Shown here: positions 7,785-18,007 of the stretch, piece after piece
Numbering within the stretch: the first letter of the stretch is position 1
How the letters are laid out: the number at the start of each line of letters is the position of its first letter
DNA from: an uncultured Bacillota bacterium
GTDB taxonomy: Bacteria; Bacillota_I; Bacilli_A; RFN20; CAG-288
Assembly: GCA_949299015.1 (NCBI GenBank)
Contig: CASFYT010000002.1
Location: forward strand, 50,781 to 114,780
Length of the DNA: 64,000 bases
Direction: 5' to 3'
Made by a program: the position numbers and the translations under genes
Notes under the pieces: model-generated
The model's input: the letters and a program-made list of their open reading frames with translations, nothing else
What the model was told of the DNA's origin: nothing
Database searches by the model: none

Positions 7785-10544
7785 TCAGGCCGTCGGCCCG
7801 CTTTCCTTCTCTTCCTGGGAGGCGAGGGTAATCGTCTTGTCGGAGACTTCCTCCTTCTTCGGTTCCTCCTTCTTCAGGGACAGGGCAAAGCGCTGCTTGT
7901 TCATCAGGCGGTCGAAGAGGTTGAGGAGGAGCGTCAGGACGCCTGTCGAGACAGCACCGTAGATGATGAGGATCAGCCAGGTGGTCTTGTTCATGTCCCG
8001 GAAGTCGATGCCGGTCAGCTGCATCGAGAGGTTCCAGTAGGCGTCGGGGTCCAGGTTGTCCGGCCGGGCGCTGACGGCCGGGATGTAGGGGAGGACGAAG
8101 ACGAGAAGCAGGAAGAGCAGCAGGACCAGGCCGTAGAGGATCGTCCGATAAAGGTTGAAAGGAGAACAACAGTTGAAGACCATCGCGAGTGCGATGACCG
8201 ACATCGTCAGGGAGCAGAAGGTGGTGAACGTTCTCGCGCCGTTCTCCGTCAGGTCCAGGAAGGAACCGCCGTTGACGGTGTACATGATATAGTTGGCCCC
8301 GATTGCGGCGATGAGGACGATGGCCGCCGGAATGGCCCGGGAGAAGGTGTTCTTGAGGAAGTGTCCGGTGATCAGCTGGTTGTTCTTCTGGAGGGCGAGG
8401 GCGAAGGAGGGGACGCCGATGCCGACGACTTCCATGACGAGGATGTTGTTGGTCTCGAAGGGATAGCGGATGCCGTTTCCTCCGTTGAGGAAGGTCAGGA
8501 GGACGATGATGGTGAAGCAGATGGTGAAGATGGTCTTCATCAGATAGAGGGAGGAGGAGCGCTGGATGTTGTTGACGACACGCCTTCCTTCCTCGACGAC
8601 GGCCGGCATGGAGGCGAAGTTGGAATCCAGGAGGACGAGGTGCGCGGCGTTGCGCGCCGCGGAAGCTCCGTTTGCCATCGCCACGGAGCAGTCCGAGTTC
8701 TTCATCGCCAGGATGTCGTTGACGCCGTCTCCGGTCATTCCGACCGTATTCTTGCGGTTCTTCAGTTCCTTGACGATGGCAGCCTTCTGTTCCGGGGAGA
8801 CGCGTCCGAAGATGGTGTATTGATCGACGATCTCCGAGACCTCGCGCAGGGAGAGTCCTTCCAAGGAGACGCATTTCTCGGCGTTGGGAACGTTGCACTT
8901 CTTCGCAATCTCCGAAGCAGTCAAGGGATTGTCTCCGGAAATGATTTTGATTTGAACGCCGTTTTCCGTAAACCAACGAATCGTGTCTGGCGCCTCGGGT
9001 CGGATATGGTCTTCCAACGTGAAGATGGCCACGGGAAGCATTTTTCCCTTGATTTCTCCGTTCTCGATCTCCCGTTCGCTCTTGCAGAGCATGACGACGC
9101 GGTAGCCATTGGCCTGCTTCTTGGAGATGTAGCGGACGATGGTGCGGTCCCGGTTCTTGGCGTAGACATATTCCGGAGCGCCCAGGCAGTAGCACCCCTT
9201 CTCGAAGAAGCTGACGGCGGAGAACTTTCGGGCGGAGGAGAAGGGGAGGGTGCTCTTGACGCGGAAGTCGCTGCGCAGGGGATAGCGCTGGGAGAGGGCG
9301 ATCGAGGTCTGGTTGGATTCCTTGAAGGCGTTGAGGTAGGAACCCATGAGGAGAGGAAGGTCTTCGCTGGAGTCGACGACGAGGACTTCGTCGACGCGCA
9401 TCGTCCCGTCGGTCAGGGTTCCGGTCTTGTCTAGGCAGAGGACGTTGACCCGGGCAAGCATCTCGATGCAGTAGAGGTCCTGGACGAGGGTCTTCTTCTT
9501 TCCGAGGTTGATGACTCCGGCAGCCAAGGCGACGGACGTCAGGAGGTACATTCCCGAGGGAATCATTCCGACCATGCTTCCGGCCGTATACTTCATCGCC
9601 TCGGAGGCGATGTTCCAGGTGTCGGTGAAGGTCTTCGAAGCCTCGAGCCACTGGGTGCAGAAGGTACCGATTCCCAAGGGGATGATGATGATCGAGATGA
9701 CGCGGATGAGGAGGTTGAGGGAGCGGAGAAGTTCGCTCTTGGGCTTGCGGTATTCCTTGGCCCGGGCCTGGATGGAGGCGGAATAGTTGTATTCCCCGAC
9801 CTTCTCGGCCTGGAGGGTTCCCGATCCGGAGACGACGAAGGAACCGGCATAGACCTTGTCTCCGACGGCCTTCTTGATGGGGAGGGATTCGCCGGTCAGA
9901 AGGGATTCGTTGACTTCCATCTCGCCCTGGAGGACAACGGAGTCGGTCGGAATCTGATCTCCGTTCTTGAGGAAATAAATGTCGTCGAGGACCAGTTCGT
10001 CGGTCGGAAGGGTGCAGTTCTTTCGGTCGCGGCGGACGCGGACGGACTGGGAGGTGACCAGGCGGAGCTTGTCGATGGTCTTCTTCGCCTTGATTTCCTG
10101 GACGATGCCGATGACGGTGTTCAGGGCGGCGACGAGGAGGAAGTAGGTGGAGGAGTAGCGCCCGAAGACGAAGAGGGCGACGGCCAGGAGAAGCAGAAGC
10201 ATGTTGAAGAAGGTGAACACGTTCTTGACGATGATGGAGAGGACGGAGCGCGAGGCGGCGCTCTTCGTGACGTTCTGATAGCCCTGTTCCTGGCGCTCGA
10301 AGACCTGCTTGGAGGAGAGTCCTTCCTTGACGTCGGGATGGAAGCGGACCAGGTCGTCGGGGAGGACGGCCGGATGGAAGTCCTCCTTCTTCTTCGCCTT
10401 CTTCCAGAAGAAAAGGTCGGCGAAGCCTCTCTTCGTCTTCCTGGATTCGGGTTCTTCCTCCTCCTTCTTCTCGACGAGGCCCTTTCCTCCCTCTTCCTTG
10501 ATGCTGTTCTCTTCCTCCTCTTCCTTCTTCCGCCAAAGGTTCAT
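7785..10544 (-). CDS. Cation-transporting P-type ATPase (P2/P3 class; Ca2+/Mg2+/H+-type, not the heavy-metal class)
   Basis: 919 aa. Contains the TGES actuator motif, the DKTGTLT phosphorylation site, the MTGDGVNDILAMK hinge, and about 10 predicted TM segments. There is no CPC/CPH metal motif. RBS AGGGAGGAAAG precedes the ATG. Confidence 0.9.
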   Translation of the reverse strand: MNLWRKKEEEEENSIKEEGGKGLVEKKEEEEPESRKTKRGFADLFFWKKAKKKEDFHPAVLPDDLVRFHPDVKEGLSSKQVFERQEQGYQNVTKSAASRSVLSIIVKNVFTFFNMLLLLLAVALFVFGRYSSTYFLLVAALNTVIGIVQEIKAKKTIDKLRLVTSQSVRVRRDRKNCTLPTDELVLDDIYFLKNGDQIPTDSVVLQGEMEVNESLLTGESLPIKKAVGDKVYAGSFVVSGSGTLQAEKVGEYNYSASIQARAKEYRKPKSELLRSLNLLIRVISIIIIPLGIGTFCTQWLEASKTFTDTWNIASEAMKYTAGSMVGMIPSGMYLLTSVALAAGVINLGKKKTLVQDLYCIEMLARVNVLCLDKTGTLTDGTMRVDEVLVVDSSEDLPLLMGSYLNAFKESNQTSIALSQRYPLRSDFRVKSTLPFSSARKFSAVSFFEKGCYCLGAPEYVYAKNRDRTIVRYISKKQANGYRVVMLCKSEREIENGEIKGKMLPVAIFTLEDHIRPEAPDTIRWFTENGVQIKIISGDNPLTASEIAKKCNVPNAEKCVSLEGLSLREVSEIVDQYTIFGRVSPEQKAAIVKELKNRKNTVGMTGDGVNDILAMKNSDCSVAMANGASAARNAAHLVLLDSNFASMPAVVEEGRRVVNNIQRSSSLYLMKTIFTICFTIIVLLTFLNGGNGIRYPFETNNILVMEVVGIGVPSFALALQKNNQLITGHFLKNTFSRAIPAAIVLIAAIGANYIMYTVNGGSFLDLTENGARTFTTFCSLTMSVIALAMVFNCCSPFNLYRTILYGLVLLLFLLLVFVLPYIPAVSARPDNLDPDAYWNLSMQLTGIDFRDMNKTTWLILIIYGAVSTGVLTLLLNLFDRLMNKQRFALSLKKEEPKKEEVSDKTITLASQEEKESGPTA

Positions 10545-10545
10545 C

Positions 10546-11136
10546 TCACTTTCCTCCCTTGGGAACGACGTGATGCTTGCGGCAACGCGCCTGATAGGAT
10601 TCGTTGGCTCCGACGAGGATGACGGGATCGTCCCTTCGCGCCGGCTTGCCGTCGATCAGACGCTGGGTCCTTGTCGCGCCGCATCCGCAGATGGTGCAGG
10701 CGGCCGAGAGCTTGGTGACGAACTCAGCCACGGCCAGAAGGCGCGGCATCGGGCCGAAGGGCTCTCCGCGGAAGTCGAGGTCCAGCCCGGCGCAGATGAC
10801 GCGGATGCCCTTGTCGGCGAGGTCGTTGCAGAGGGCGACGACCTCGTCGCCGAAGAACTGGACTTCGTCGATGGCGACGACGTCGGTCGTCTTGTCGATG
10901 TAGTCGTAGATCTCCTCGGCCTTGTGGATGGCGTAGGCCTCGAACATCTCTCCGTCATGGCTGGCGATCTTGCATTCGTCGTAGCGGTCGTCGATGGCGG
11001 GCTTGAACGAGACGATGCGCTTGTGGGCATAGGAAAGGGTCCGAAGGCGGCGGATGAGCTCTTCGCTCTTGCCGGCGAACATCGGGCCGGTGATGACTTC
11101 GATCCAGCCCTTCTGCAGTTCTTGATACATGGTCAT
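10546..11136 (-). CDS. tdk: Thymidine kinase
   Basis: The P-loop GPMFAGKS is present, together with the C-terminal zinc-ribbon CxxC...CRKHH arrangement. The ATG at 11136 overlaps the upstream stop (ATGA); an in-frame ATG at 11130 has better RBS spacing. Confidence 0.93.
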   Translation of the reverse strand: MTMYQELQKGWIEVITGPMFAGKSEELIRRLRTLSYAHKRIVSFKPAIDDRYDECKIASHDGEMFEAYAIHKAEEIYDYIDKTTDVVAIDEVQFFGDEVVALCNDLADKGIRVICAGLDLDFRGEPFGPMPRLLAVAEFVTKLSAACTICGCGATRTQRLIDGKPARRDDPVILVGANESYQARCRKHHVVPKGGK

Positions 11137-12629
11137 GCTCCTTTGATCTCCAGGTTTCTCGACAACAGGTCGAACTTTCTTCGGCTTCTTCCGCTCAGCT
11201 CCCGGACGTCCTTCTGTTCGTCGTCGAGGAGAGGGAAGACGAAGGAGAGCAGGAGGAAGACGGTCGAGGCTTCGTCCAAGGTGAAGAAGCGGGGTTCGAA
11301 GAGGAAGTAGAGAAGATAGCCGACGATCAGGACGAGGGAGAGGACGCCCTTCTCCTTCTCCAATCCCCTGAACTGACGGCAGGCGATGTAGATCAGGAAG
11401 AGGAGGAAGAGGAGGGAGAGGAGAAGGCCGACGATTCCGTCGTGCATCACCACGTCGGCAAGGCCGTTGTGGCTGGTGACCGTCTGCGCCTCTCCGCCGA
11501 CGGCGACGAGCAGGGAGTGGAAGAGGTTGTGGAAGGGGATGCGTCCATAGCCGAGGACGAGGAAGAAGGGGGTGTTGAGCATCTCGAGGGCGAGGATGCG
11601 GAGAATGTCCCGCGAATGGACGGTGGACTGGTTGAGGAAACGGTCATAGATGGTCTGGATGAAGACGGCCAAGGGGTTGTCCGGATCGAGGAGGAACCCT
11701 GTCGCCAGGGTGACGAGGAAGCACAGGGCAAGGGCGAAGGAGAGGATGGAGTAGACCTTGTGCCGCCGGAAGGCGAAGAACGGATAGAAGAAGGAAAAGA
11801 GCAGGAGGACGATCGTTCCGATGGCGGCGGGAGTGCGGCTGGAGATGACGACGCAGTTGAAGGTGAAGAAGATCGCCAGGAGGGGCGTGACGGGATTGGC
11901 CTTCTTGACGAAGAGAACCAGGGAGGAGAACGTGCCGATCATCAGGAGGAATCCGTAGACGTTCTTGTTGGGCGTGAAGGAGATGATGTCGACGATGCCC
12001 TCCTCCTTCCTCCAAAGCGTCAGGAGGTTGTGGAGGAAGTCCTCGCGCTCAAAGATCATGACGTCGATGAATCCGGCGAGGGCGATTGCAATCAGGACGA
12101 GGAGGACACAGTCGAGGAAATATGTCCATTTTTTTCCGAATGTCGGAAGAAGGTTCAAGGCGATGACGAAGTAGGAACCAAAGGCAAGGTCGACAAGGAA
12201 GCTGACGATTCGATCGGAAATCGGATATTCGTAGCTCAAGGTGACAATCTGCTGGTAATGGGTGGAGAAGAAGGTATAGGCCGTGTCGCCGTAGGGGATG
12301 GCGAAGATGCCGACGATTCGGCTGACGACGAAGACGGCCAGGAGCGAAAGCGTGACCGTAAAGCGCAGGCGATGCCTTTCCTTGGGGAAGCGGCGAACCC
12401 AGAGGAGAAGGGCGAAGAGGAAGAAGAGGAGGAGCAGGGGGATGGCAAGGGAAGGATTGAGGGAACGCCCGAGGTCGTTGGAGATGTTGAGGAAGAAGTT
12501 TCCTTCTCCTTCGCCCAGCGAAAAGCGACCGAGGAGAAAGAGAGGAAGGAAGAGGGTGAGGAGCAGGAAGAGGGCAATGTCGAGGATATCCCTGTTCTTC
12601 CTTCCCCGCAGCGCCGGAACGATGGCCAT
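11133..12629 (-). CDS. Polytopic membrane protein with a Wzy_C/O-antigen-ligase-like domain (glycan polymerase or ligase family)
   Basis: About 12 TM helices and a ...[21 protein letters not shown]... segment fitting the Wzy_C HN...G..G pattern. The start is 2 nt after the stop of the upstream transferase. Confidence 0.7.
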   Translation of the reverse strand: MAIVPALRGRKNRDILDIALFLLLTLFLPLFLLGRFSLGEGEGNFFLNISNDLGRSLNPSLAIPLLLLFFLFALLLWVRRFPKERHRLRFTVTLSLLAVFVVSRIVGIFAIPYGDTAYTFFSTHYQQIVTLSYEYPISDRIVSFLVDLAFGSYFVIALNLLPTFGKKWTYFLDCVLLVLIAIALAGFIDVMIFEREDFLHNLLTLWRKEEGIVDIISFTPNKNVYGFLLMIGTFSSLVLFVKKANPVTPLLAIFFTFNCVVISSRTPAAIGTIVLLLFSFFYPFFAFRRHKVYSILSFALALCFLVTLATGFLLDPDNPLAVFIQTIYDRFLNQSTVHSRDILRILALEMLNTPFFLVLGYGRIPFHNLFHSLLVAVGGEAQTVTSHNGLADVVMHDGIVGLLLSLLFLLFLIYIACRQFRGLEKEKGVLSLVLIVGYLLYFLFEPRFFTLDEASTVFLLLSFVFPLLDDEQKDVRELSGRSRRKFDLLSRNLEIKGA

Positions 12630-12631
12630 GG

Positions 12632-13342
12632 TCACTGCGCCCCTTCCTTCTGGAAGACCTTGACGATGGTGCGCAGGAAGATCTTGAGGTCGAAGAACAG
12701 GGAACGATGCTTGATGTAGTACAGTTCCATGTTGATCCGCTCGGTGTAGTCGACGCTGGAACGGCCATGGCAGGCCCAGTAGCTCGTGATGCCGGGGCGG
12801 ACCGAGAGCAGGACTTTCCTCGTCAAGCCGTAGCGATCCGTCTCCTCTTCGATGATGGGACGGGGACCGACGAAGGACATCGATCCGAGGAAGACATTGA
12901 AGAGCTGGGGAAGCTCGTCGAGGGAGGTCTTGCGGAGGAACCTTCCAAAGGAGGTGATGCGCGGGTCGTTGTCGACCTTGAATTCCCTTCGGAACTGCTC
13001 GAGCTGTTCGGGGGTCAGCTGTTCCTCGATGGGCCTGTTGTCGACCTTCATCGTCCGGAACTTGTACATCGAGAAGGGTTTTCCCTTCCGGCCGATCCGG
13101 CGATGCTTGTAGATGACGGGTCCCTTGGAGGTGAGTTTGACCAGCACAGCCAGGATGAGATAGAGCCAGGAGAAGAGAATCAGGAACGTGCCAGAGGTCA
13201 GGATGTCGAAGAAGCGCTTGAAAAAGGAATAGATCGGCTTCTTCCGAAAATAATAGGCGCTGTCGACGGTCGCCTGAATCTTTTGGATTTCCAGTGTATT
13301 TTGACCCTCGTCAAGCGGGGGTTGCGGTCTGTTCGGTGTCAT
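12632..13342 (-). CDS. Polyprenyl-phosphate sugar-1-phosphate transferase (bacterial 'sugar transferase' priming enzyme, WbaP/EpsL/CpsE-like C-terminal domain type)
   Basis: 236 aa with one N-terminal TM. Conserved motifs KFRTM, DELPQL and GPRP are present. RBS AAGGAGAA precedes the ATG. Confidence 0.88.
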   Translation of the reverse strand: MTPNRPQPPLDEGQNTLEIQKIQATVDSAYYFRKKPIYSFFKRFFDILTSGTFLILFSWLYLILAVLVKLTSKGPVIYKHRRIGRKGKPFSMYKFRTMKVDNRPIEEQLTPEQLEQFRREFKVDNDPRITSFGRFLRKTSLDELPQLFNVFLGSMSFVGPRPIIEEETDRYGLTRKVLLSVRPGITSYWACHGRSSVDYTERINMELYYIKHRSLFFDLKIFLRTIVKVFQKEGAQ

Positions 13343-13357
13343 GCGTTCTCCTTGGTA

Positions 13358-13918
13358 TTACAGGTCGAGGCTTTGAAGGTAGCTGTCGACGATGCCACAG
13401 ATGTCTCCCAGCGTCTTGATGGAGAGGCGGTAGTTCCCCTTGGCTTCTAGGGAATGGGTGAAGCTGGGGAAGACATAGGCGTTGGGATAGAGGGCAAGCT
13501 TTTCCCTAGCATCGGGGAAGAAGCGGTCGTGGTCGCCGACGATGACAAGGTCGTTCTTTTCGATCAGGGGCAGGGTCTGCTCCAGAGGCGTCACGAGGAT
13601 TTGGTGAAGGGATTGGATCCTCCTCCCGAGATAGTTCTTCAGGTTGCACGCGACGAGGGTTCCGATCGACTTGGAAAGAAAGACGACTTCGTCGTATTCT
13701 TCGAAGGGGATAGAGGCGGTCGCGTTGAGCGTATCCCGGGCAGCGTTGCGGATGTTCACTTCCAGCGGCTCGACTTCCTCGACTTCCCGCGGGACGTCGT
13801 AGTGAAGAAGGAACGTCTCGAAGCCGTGGGACTCCAGAATCCTTGTCGGAAAATAGAGGAGCGAGCGGTCGGTGCTGTAGCGTCTTCCCGGGAAGACTAC
13901 GCAAAGTTTTTTGGCCAT
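13358..13918 (-). CDS. Small alpha/beta-hydrolase-like protein (putative serine esterase); first gene of the envelope operon
   Basis: 186 aa. A FLSKSIG segment fits an S-x-S-x-G nucleophile-elbow variant, and a GDHD motif follows. No signal peptide. The gene ends 15 bp upstream of the transferase gene. Confidence 0.5.
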   Translation of the reverse strand: MAKKLCVVFPGRRYSTDRSLLYFPTRILESHGFETFLLHYDVPREVEEVEPLEVNIRNAARDTLNATASIPFEEYDEVVFLSKSIGTLVACNLKNYLGRRIQSLHQILVTPLEQTLPLIEKNDLVIVGDHDRFFPDAREKLALYPNAYVFPSFTHSLEAKGNYRLSIKTLGDICGIVDSYLQSLDL

Positions 13919-14016
13919 GGTGCAATTTCCTCTATCGAAGTCGTGCCAGCATATATAATAGTATAAGACTTACCTCGTCGGGAAAGAACCGGCGAAGCAA
14001 GAAAAGGAGGTTCTTG

Positions 14017-14244
14017 ATGAAAGGAACGATCTTGATGTCGCGAAAGGGAAGGCTGCTCTTGCTGTCGGATAATCGCTATTACATCGTCAACGGGACGGGA
14101 GCGGAAGGGGAAAGCTACGAATTTCAGCCGGAACAGGCTCTTTCGATGCCTTCCTACCTCTTTGCCATTGCGGCGATCGAGGAGGAAAACCTCGACCAGA
14201 CCCTGGAATTCATCCAGGAAAAGTGGTTCCGCCATCGGAAGTAG
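14017..14244 (+). CDS. Hypothetical small protein (75 aa)
   Basis: Strong RBS AAAAGGAGG 6 nt before the ATG. It is divergent from the envelope operon and sits 52 bp upstream of ung. Confidence 0.5.
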   Translation: MKGTILMSRKGRLLLLSDNRYYIVNGTGAEGESYEFQPEQALSMPSYLFAIAAIEEENLDQTLEFIQEKWFRHRK

Positions 14245-14296
14245 ACGATGCTGCTGACAGGGACGTGGTCCTTGTCAGTTTTTGGAAGGAGCACCT

Positions 14297-15004
14297 ATGA
14301 CAATCGAACAGAACCGTTCCGCCCTTCTCCAGTCTCCTGCCGGCTGGGAAGAACTCTTCGATTCGCTGAAGAAGGATGAGAAATTCCTGTCCCTGGTCGA
14401 CCGCGTCGCCCGGGAAGCGAGCCAGGAGAAGGTCTATCCGCCTCTTCCGGATGTCTACCGGGCCTTCTCGCTTGTTCCACCTTCGGAGGTGAAGGTCGTC
14501 ATCCTGGGACAGGATCCCTACTTTCACGAGGGACAGGCGAACGGCCTTGCCTTTTCCGTCGGAAAAGGGACGAAACTTCCTCCATCACTTGTCAATATCT
14601 ATAAAGAACTTTCGTATGAGTATTCTTTTCCGATTCCAAGGACGAACGGTGATTTGACGCCTTGGGCGAAACAGGGCGTCCTTCTTCTCAACAGCAGCCT
14701 GACGGTCCAAGACGGCGAGCCCAACAGCCATGCCAACTACGGATGGGAGGAGGTGACCGATCGGGCCATCGACTTCCTGGATGCCCGAGACCAGTACATC
14801 GTCTATCTTCTCTGGGGTTCCTTTGCGCAGAAGAAGGCGGAGAGGATCCACAGCCCGAAGGCCATGCTGATCAAGACGGCTCACCCCTCTCCCCTTTCCG
14901 CCAGCAAAGGCTTCTTCTGCTCCGATTGTTTCTATCGCGCCAACCGCTACCTGAAGGAGAAGGGACTCAAGGAAATCGATTTCCAGATTCGGGACGTGGG
15001 ATGA
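14297..15004 (+). CDS. ung: Uracil-DNA glycosylase (family 1)
   Basis: Water-activating loop GQDPY and the HPSPLSA motif are both present. RBS GGAAGGA precedes the ATG. Confidence 0.93.
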   Translation: MTIEQNRSALLQSPAGWEELFDSLKKDEKFLSLVDRVAREASQEKVYPPLPDVYRAFSLVPPSEVKVVILGQDPYFHEGQANGLAFSVGKGTKLPPSLVNIYKELSYEYSFPIPRTNGDLTPWAKQGVLLLNSSLTVQDGEPNSHANYGWEEVTDRAIDFLDARDQYIVYLLWGSFAQKKAERIHSPKAMLIKTAHPSPLSASKGFFCSDCFYRANRYLKEKGLKEIDFQIRDVG

Positions 15005-15005
15005 T

Positions 15006-15035
15006 TTGGATTTTGTTTTGCCGAGACTTTATAAT
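15006..15035 (+). promoter_or_regulatory. Candidate promoter for the 15068 gene (-35 TTGGAT 15006-11, -10 TATAAT 15030-35, 18-nt spacer)
   Basis: Hexamers read from the sequence. An AAAGGAG RBS follows. Confidence 0.35.
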
Positions 15036-15067
15036 AAGAAACGCTATTTCAAAGGAGCTTGTACATT

Positions 15068-16066
15068 ATGGAAAACACCGAGATTCTGAAGAAGATCCAA
15101 GCCTATGCCAACGAAGAGGTCAAAAAGGTCAGCATCCAGCGCGAAGCGGAGCTGTCCTTCGTCTATTCGGAAGAGCTGGAAGACAAGACGCTGAACGTCT
15201 TCTGCCTTGGCGCCGACATGCCGAACCTGATCTATCGGGTTTTCCACGTCGATGCGGAAGGCAACGTCCTCGAGGAGAGGAACATGCAGGACGCTGCGAA
15301 GCTCACGGCGCACTTCAACCGCGACATCAAGCCGACGCTGAAGCTCGTTCCTCCGGCCATCGAAGAGACGTTCGAATACCAGATCCTGGTCGAGAACAGG
15401 AGCGAGGGCCGTCCGGTCGAGATCAAGCTCCGCTCCTCGGTCGGAAGAGACATCACGATGTACGAGATCTATCGCTACTTCGACTATAAGACGAAGGTCT
15501 TCTTCGTCAACCTTGCCGGACTCTCCTTCCCGGGCCAGTACCTCTTCTCCGTCACGCCGGACAGCAAGGGACTGCGCCTTGTCATCTCCAACAACGAGAC
15601 GATCCGGAGCCGTGTGGCGATGATGAACGAACTTCTTCGCAACCGCCTCCTCCCCTCCTATCGTTCCATCGACGATGCGGCGAAGATCCTTTCGGGCAAG
15701 GCGAAGGCCAATGTCACGCTCAACGACCGCGAAGGCAAGCAGATCCGCTTCACCTGCCAGTTCGTCTATGACGATGAGGAGACGCAGACCCGCTTTGCCT
15801 TCTTCATCGCGGACGACGATGCCAAGAAAGGCGTCTGCATGGTTCAGGACATCCTCGACAACAACAAGCTCACCCTTCCCAACCAGTGGACCGAAGAGCA
15901 GAAGAAGGCCTTCGACCGCATCCAGGTCGTCATGAAGGAGAAGCAGGAAGAGTTCCGCAAGAACGTCACGAGCTTCTTCGCCGACAACCTCGACTTCCGC
16001 TACAAGGCCTTCCAGGACGGCAGGCTGAAGGCGCCCGAGGCCGAGGCTCCTGAGCAGACGAAGTAA
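15068..16066 (+). CDS. Hypothetical cytoplasmic protein (332 aa), no recognisable family
   Basis: RBS AAAGGAG lies 10 nt before the ATG. Codon usage is uniform with its neighbours. No TM or signal peptide is apparent. Confidence 0.6.
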   Translation: MENTEILKKIQAYANEEVKKVSIQREAELSFVYSEELEDKTLNVFCLGADMPNLIYRVFHVDAEGNVLEERNMQDAAKLTAHFNRDIKPTLKLVPPAIEETFEYQILVENRSEGRPVEIKLRSSVGRDITMYEIYRYFDYKTKVFFVNLAGLSFPGQYLFSVTPDSKGLRLVISNNETIRSRVAMMNELLRNRLLPSYRSIDDAAKILSGKAKANVTLNDREGKQIRFTCQFVYDDEETQTRFAFFIADDDAKKGVCMVQDILDNNKLTLPNQWTEEQKKAFDRIQVVMKEKQEEFRKNVTSFFADNLDFRYKAFQDGRLKAPEAEAPEQTK

Positions 16067-16105
16067 ATTCTCTCCTCCCGAAAGCACGAAAAAGGAGGAC
16101 ACGCC

Positions 16106-17086
16106 ATGTCCAATCAGACGAAATTCACTTCTGGTTTCCTCAAGATGCACAACGACAAGGGGCTGGAAGGCGTTTTCAGCACGCTCGGCGCCGGATGCTA
16201 TTCCCTGACGCTTCACGGAAAGCCCCTGATCCTTCAGCCGAAAGACGTCGAGACCTATCTTTCGTCTCCTCAGTTCTTCGGCAAGACGCTGGGCCGCGTC
16301 GCCGGCCGCATCCCGGAGACGATCCACATCATCGACGAGGATTACAAGGTCCTGGCCGACAAGAAGGGAATCTGCCTCCACGGAGGAGAACTGGAATCCC
16401 TCTCCTTCCGCAACTTCAAGAGCGAGGTCTTTCCGAACAAGGACGAGGACTCGATCGTCTTCGTCTATGTCTCTCCCGATGGCGAATGCGGATTCCCGGG
16501 CAACCTCGAAGTTCGCATCACCTACGCGATGCCCCGTACGGAAAACGCCCTGATCATCACGCAGGAGTTCCGGACGACGAAGGAGACGTGGGTCTCCCTC
16601 TCCAACCACATCTACTGGAACTTCTTTGGCGACGAGAACGTCAACGACTACACGCTCATGGTCAACGCCGGACATTACGGCGTCTTCAAGAAGGGGACGC
16701 AGCTGGTCGTGGATGAGGCCGCCGTTCCGGAGTGCCTGGACTTCCAGACGCCGGCCCTGCTCAAGGAGAAGCTCGATCGGATCGAGAAGGAAATCCCCGA
16801 GATCGGGACCCTGGACCACGCCTTCCGCTTCCATACGGCCGCGCACGACGAACCGCAGGTCGTCCTGGAGAGCAAGGATCTCCGCCTGGAATGCCGGACG
16901 GACTACAACGGTCTCAACCTCTATGTCGACACGTCGATGACGGATGTCGAATTTGCCAACCGTCCGGGGCTGAAGAAGCGCCGTGCCATTGCCATCGAAC
17001 CGCAACTCTTCCCGACGGACAGCAAGTTGGTCGTCCCTGGAATCACTTACAAACACGTGATTCGATACGATATCAAGACAAAATAA
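16106..17086 (+). CDS. galM: Aldose 1-epimerase (galactose mutarotase) family protein
   Basis: 326 aa. The fold-typical segments ...LHGG... and ...HIYWNF... are present, and length and motif spacing fit the family. RBS AAAGGAGG. Confidence 0.8.
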   Translation: MSNQTKFTSGFLKMHNDKGLEGVFSTLGAGCYSLTLHGKPLILQPKDVETYLSSPQFFGKTLGRVAGRIPETIHIIDEDYKVLADKKGICLHGGELESLSFRNFKSEVFPNKDEDSIVFVYVSPDGECGFPGNLEVRITYAMPRTENALIITQEFRTTKETWVSLSNHIYWNFFGDENVNDYTLMVNAGHYGVFKKGTQLVVDEAAVPECLDFQTPALLKEKLDRIEKEIPEIGTLDHAFRFHTAAHDEPQVVLESKDLRLECRTDYNGLNLYVDTSMTDVEFANRPGLKKRRAIAIEPQLFPTDSKLVVPGITYKHVIRYDIKTK

Positions 17087-17101
17087 AGGAAGGCATCGCA
17101 T

Positions 17102-18007
17102 ATGAATCTTTTGGAGAACATGGAAATTCCGGATCTTTCGGGTGTGCCGGCTGTCGCCTTGGAGACGACCGTCTTGACGCATGGGATGCCCTATCCTCAG
17201 AACGTCGAGTGCGCCTTGGCCTGCGAGGAGGAAATCCGCAAGGCCGGTGCCAAGCCGTATACCATCGGGATCCTGGACGGAAGGATCAAGATCGGCCTGA
17301 CGAAGGAAGAAATCGAAGCCTTGGGAAGGAATACCACGGCCATCAAGGTCTCCCGGAAGGACATCCCCTACTGCATCGCCGAAGGGAAGACCGGATCGAC
17401 GACGGTCGCGGCGACGATGATCCTGGCCCATCTTGCCGGCATCCGCATCTTTGCGACCGGCGGCATCGGCGGCGTTCATCGCGGCTTTGAGGAGACGATG
17501 GACGTCTCCAGCGACCTGGAGGAATTCTCCAAGACGCCGGTCCACGTCGTCTGCGCCGGTCCCAAGGCGATTCTGGACATTCCGCGGACGATGGAATACC
17601 TTGAGACGAAGGGCGTTCCCGTCCTGGGCTATCAGACGGAATTCCTTCCTCTCTTCTATACGAGGACCTCTTCCTATCGCTTGGATATCTCCTGCCGGGA
17701 TGCCGAAGACGTAGCGACCCTGCTCCAGCTCCAGGAACAACTGGGTCTGAAGTCGGGATCCCTGATCGTCAACCCGGTTCCGGAGGAATATTCCCTCGAC
17801 CCGGAATTCGTCGAGGACTGCATCCAGAAGGCGCTGTCGATGATGGAGAAGGACGGAATCCATGGAAAGCAGGTCACGCCCTACCTCCTGGACAAGCTGG
17901 TCGGCATCACCGGCGGAAAATCCCTGGAGACGAACGTGGCCCTGATCAAGAACAACGCCCGCGTTGCCGGCGAGATCGCTGTGGCGCTGTGGAGGAAGGA
18001 CCGTTGA
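17102..18007 (+). CDS. psuG: Pseudouridine-5'-phosphate glycosidase
   Basis: 301 aa. Conserved stretches TVLTHGMPYPQN, GKTGSTTVAATMILAHLAGIRIFATGGIGGVHRG and CAGPKAILDIPRTMEYLET match the IndA/PsuG family. Confidence 0.88.
   Translation: MNLLENMEIPDLSGVPAVALETTVLTHGMPYPQNVECALACEEEIRKAGAKPYTIGILDGRIKIGLTKEEIEALGRNTTAIKVSRKDIPYCIAEGKTGSTTVAATMILAHLAGIRIFATGGIGGVHRGFEETMDVSSDLEEFSKTPVHVVCAGPKAILDIPRTMEYLETKGVPVLGYQTEFLPLFYTRTSSYRLDISCRDAEDVATLLQLQEQLGLKSGSLIVNPVPEEYSLDPEFVEDCIQKALSMMEKDGIHGKQVTPYLLDKLVGITGGKSLETNVALIKNNARVAGEIAVALWRKDR

Noticed and set aside
7696-10536. 946-aa Arg/Pro/His-rich ORF in an alternative frame of the P-type ATPase strand, and 7698-9434 on the plus strand
   Set aside because: The ATPase frame carries DKTGT/TGES/GDGxND motifs. 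The alternative frames are compositional artefacts with no RBS.
15044-17863. 939-aa minus-strand ORF spanning the hypothetical, galM and psuG genes
   Set aside because: The plus-strand genes each have an RBS and recognisable families. The single antisense ORF crosses three gene boundaries, which real genes do not do.
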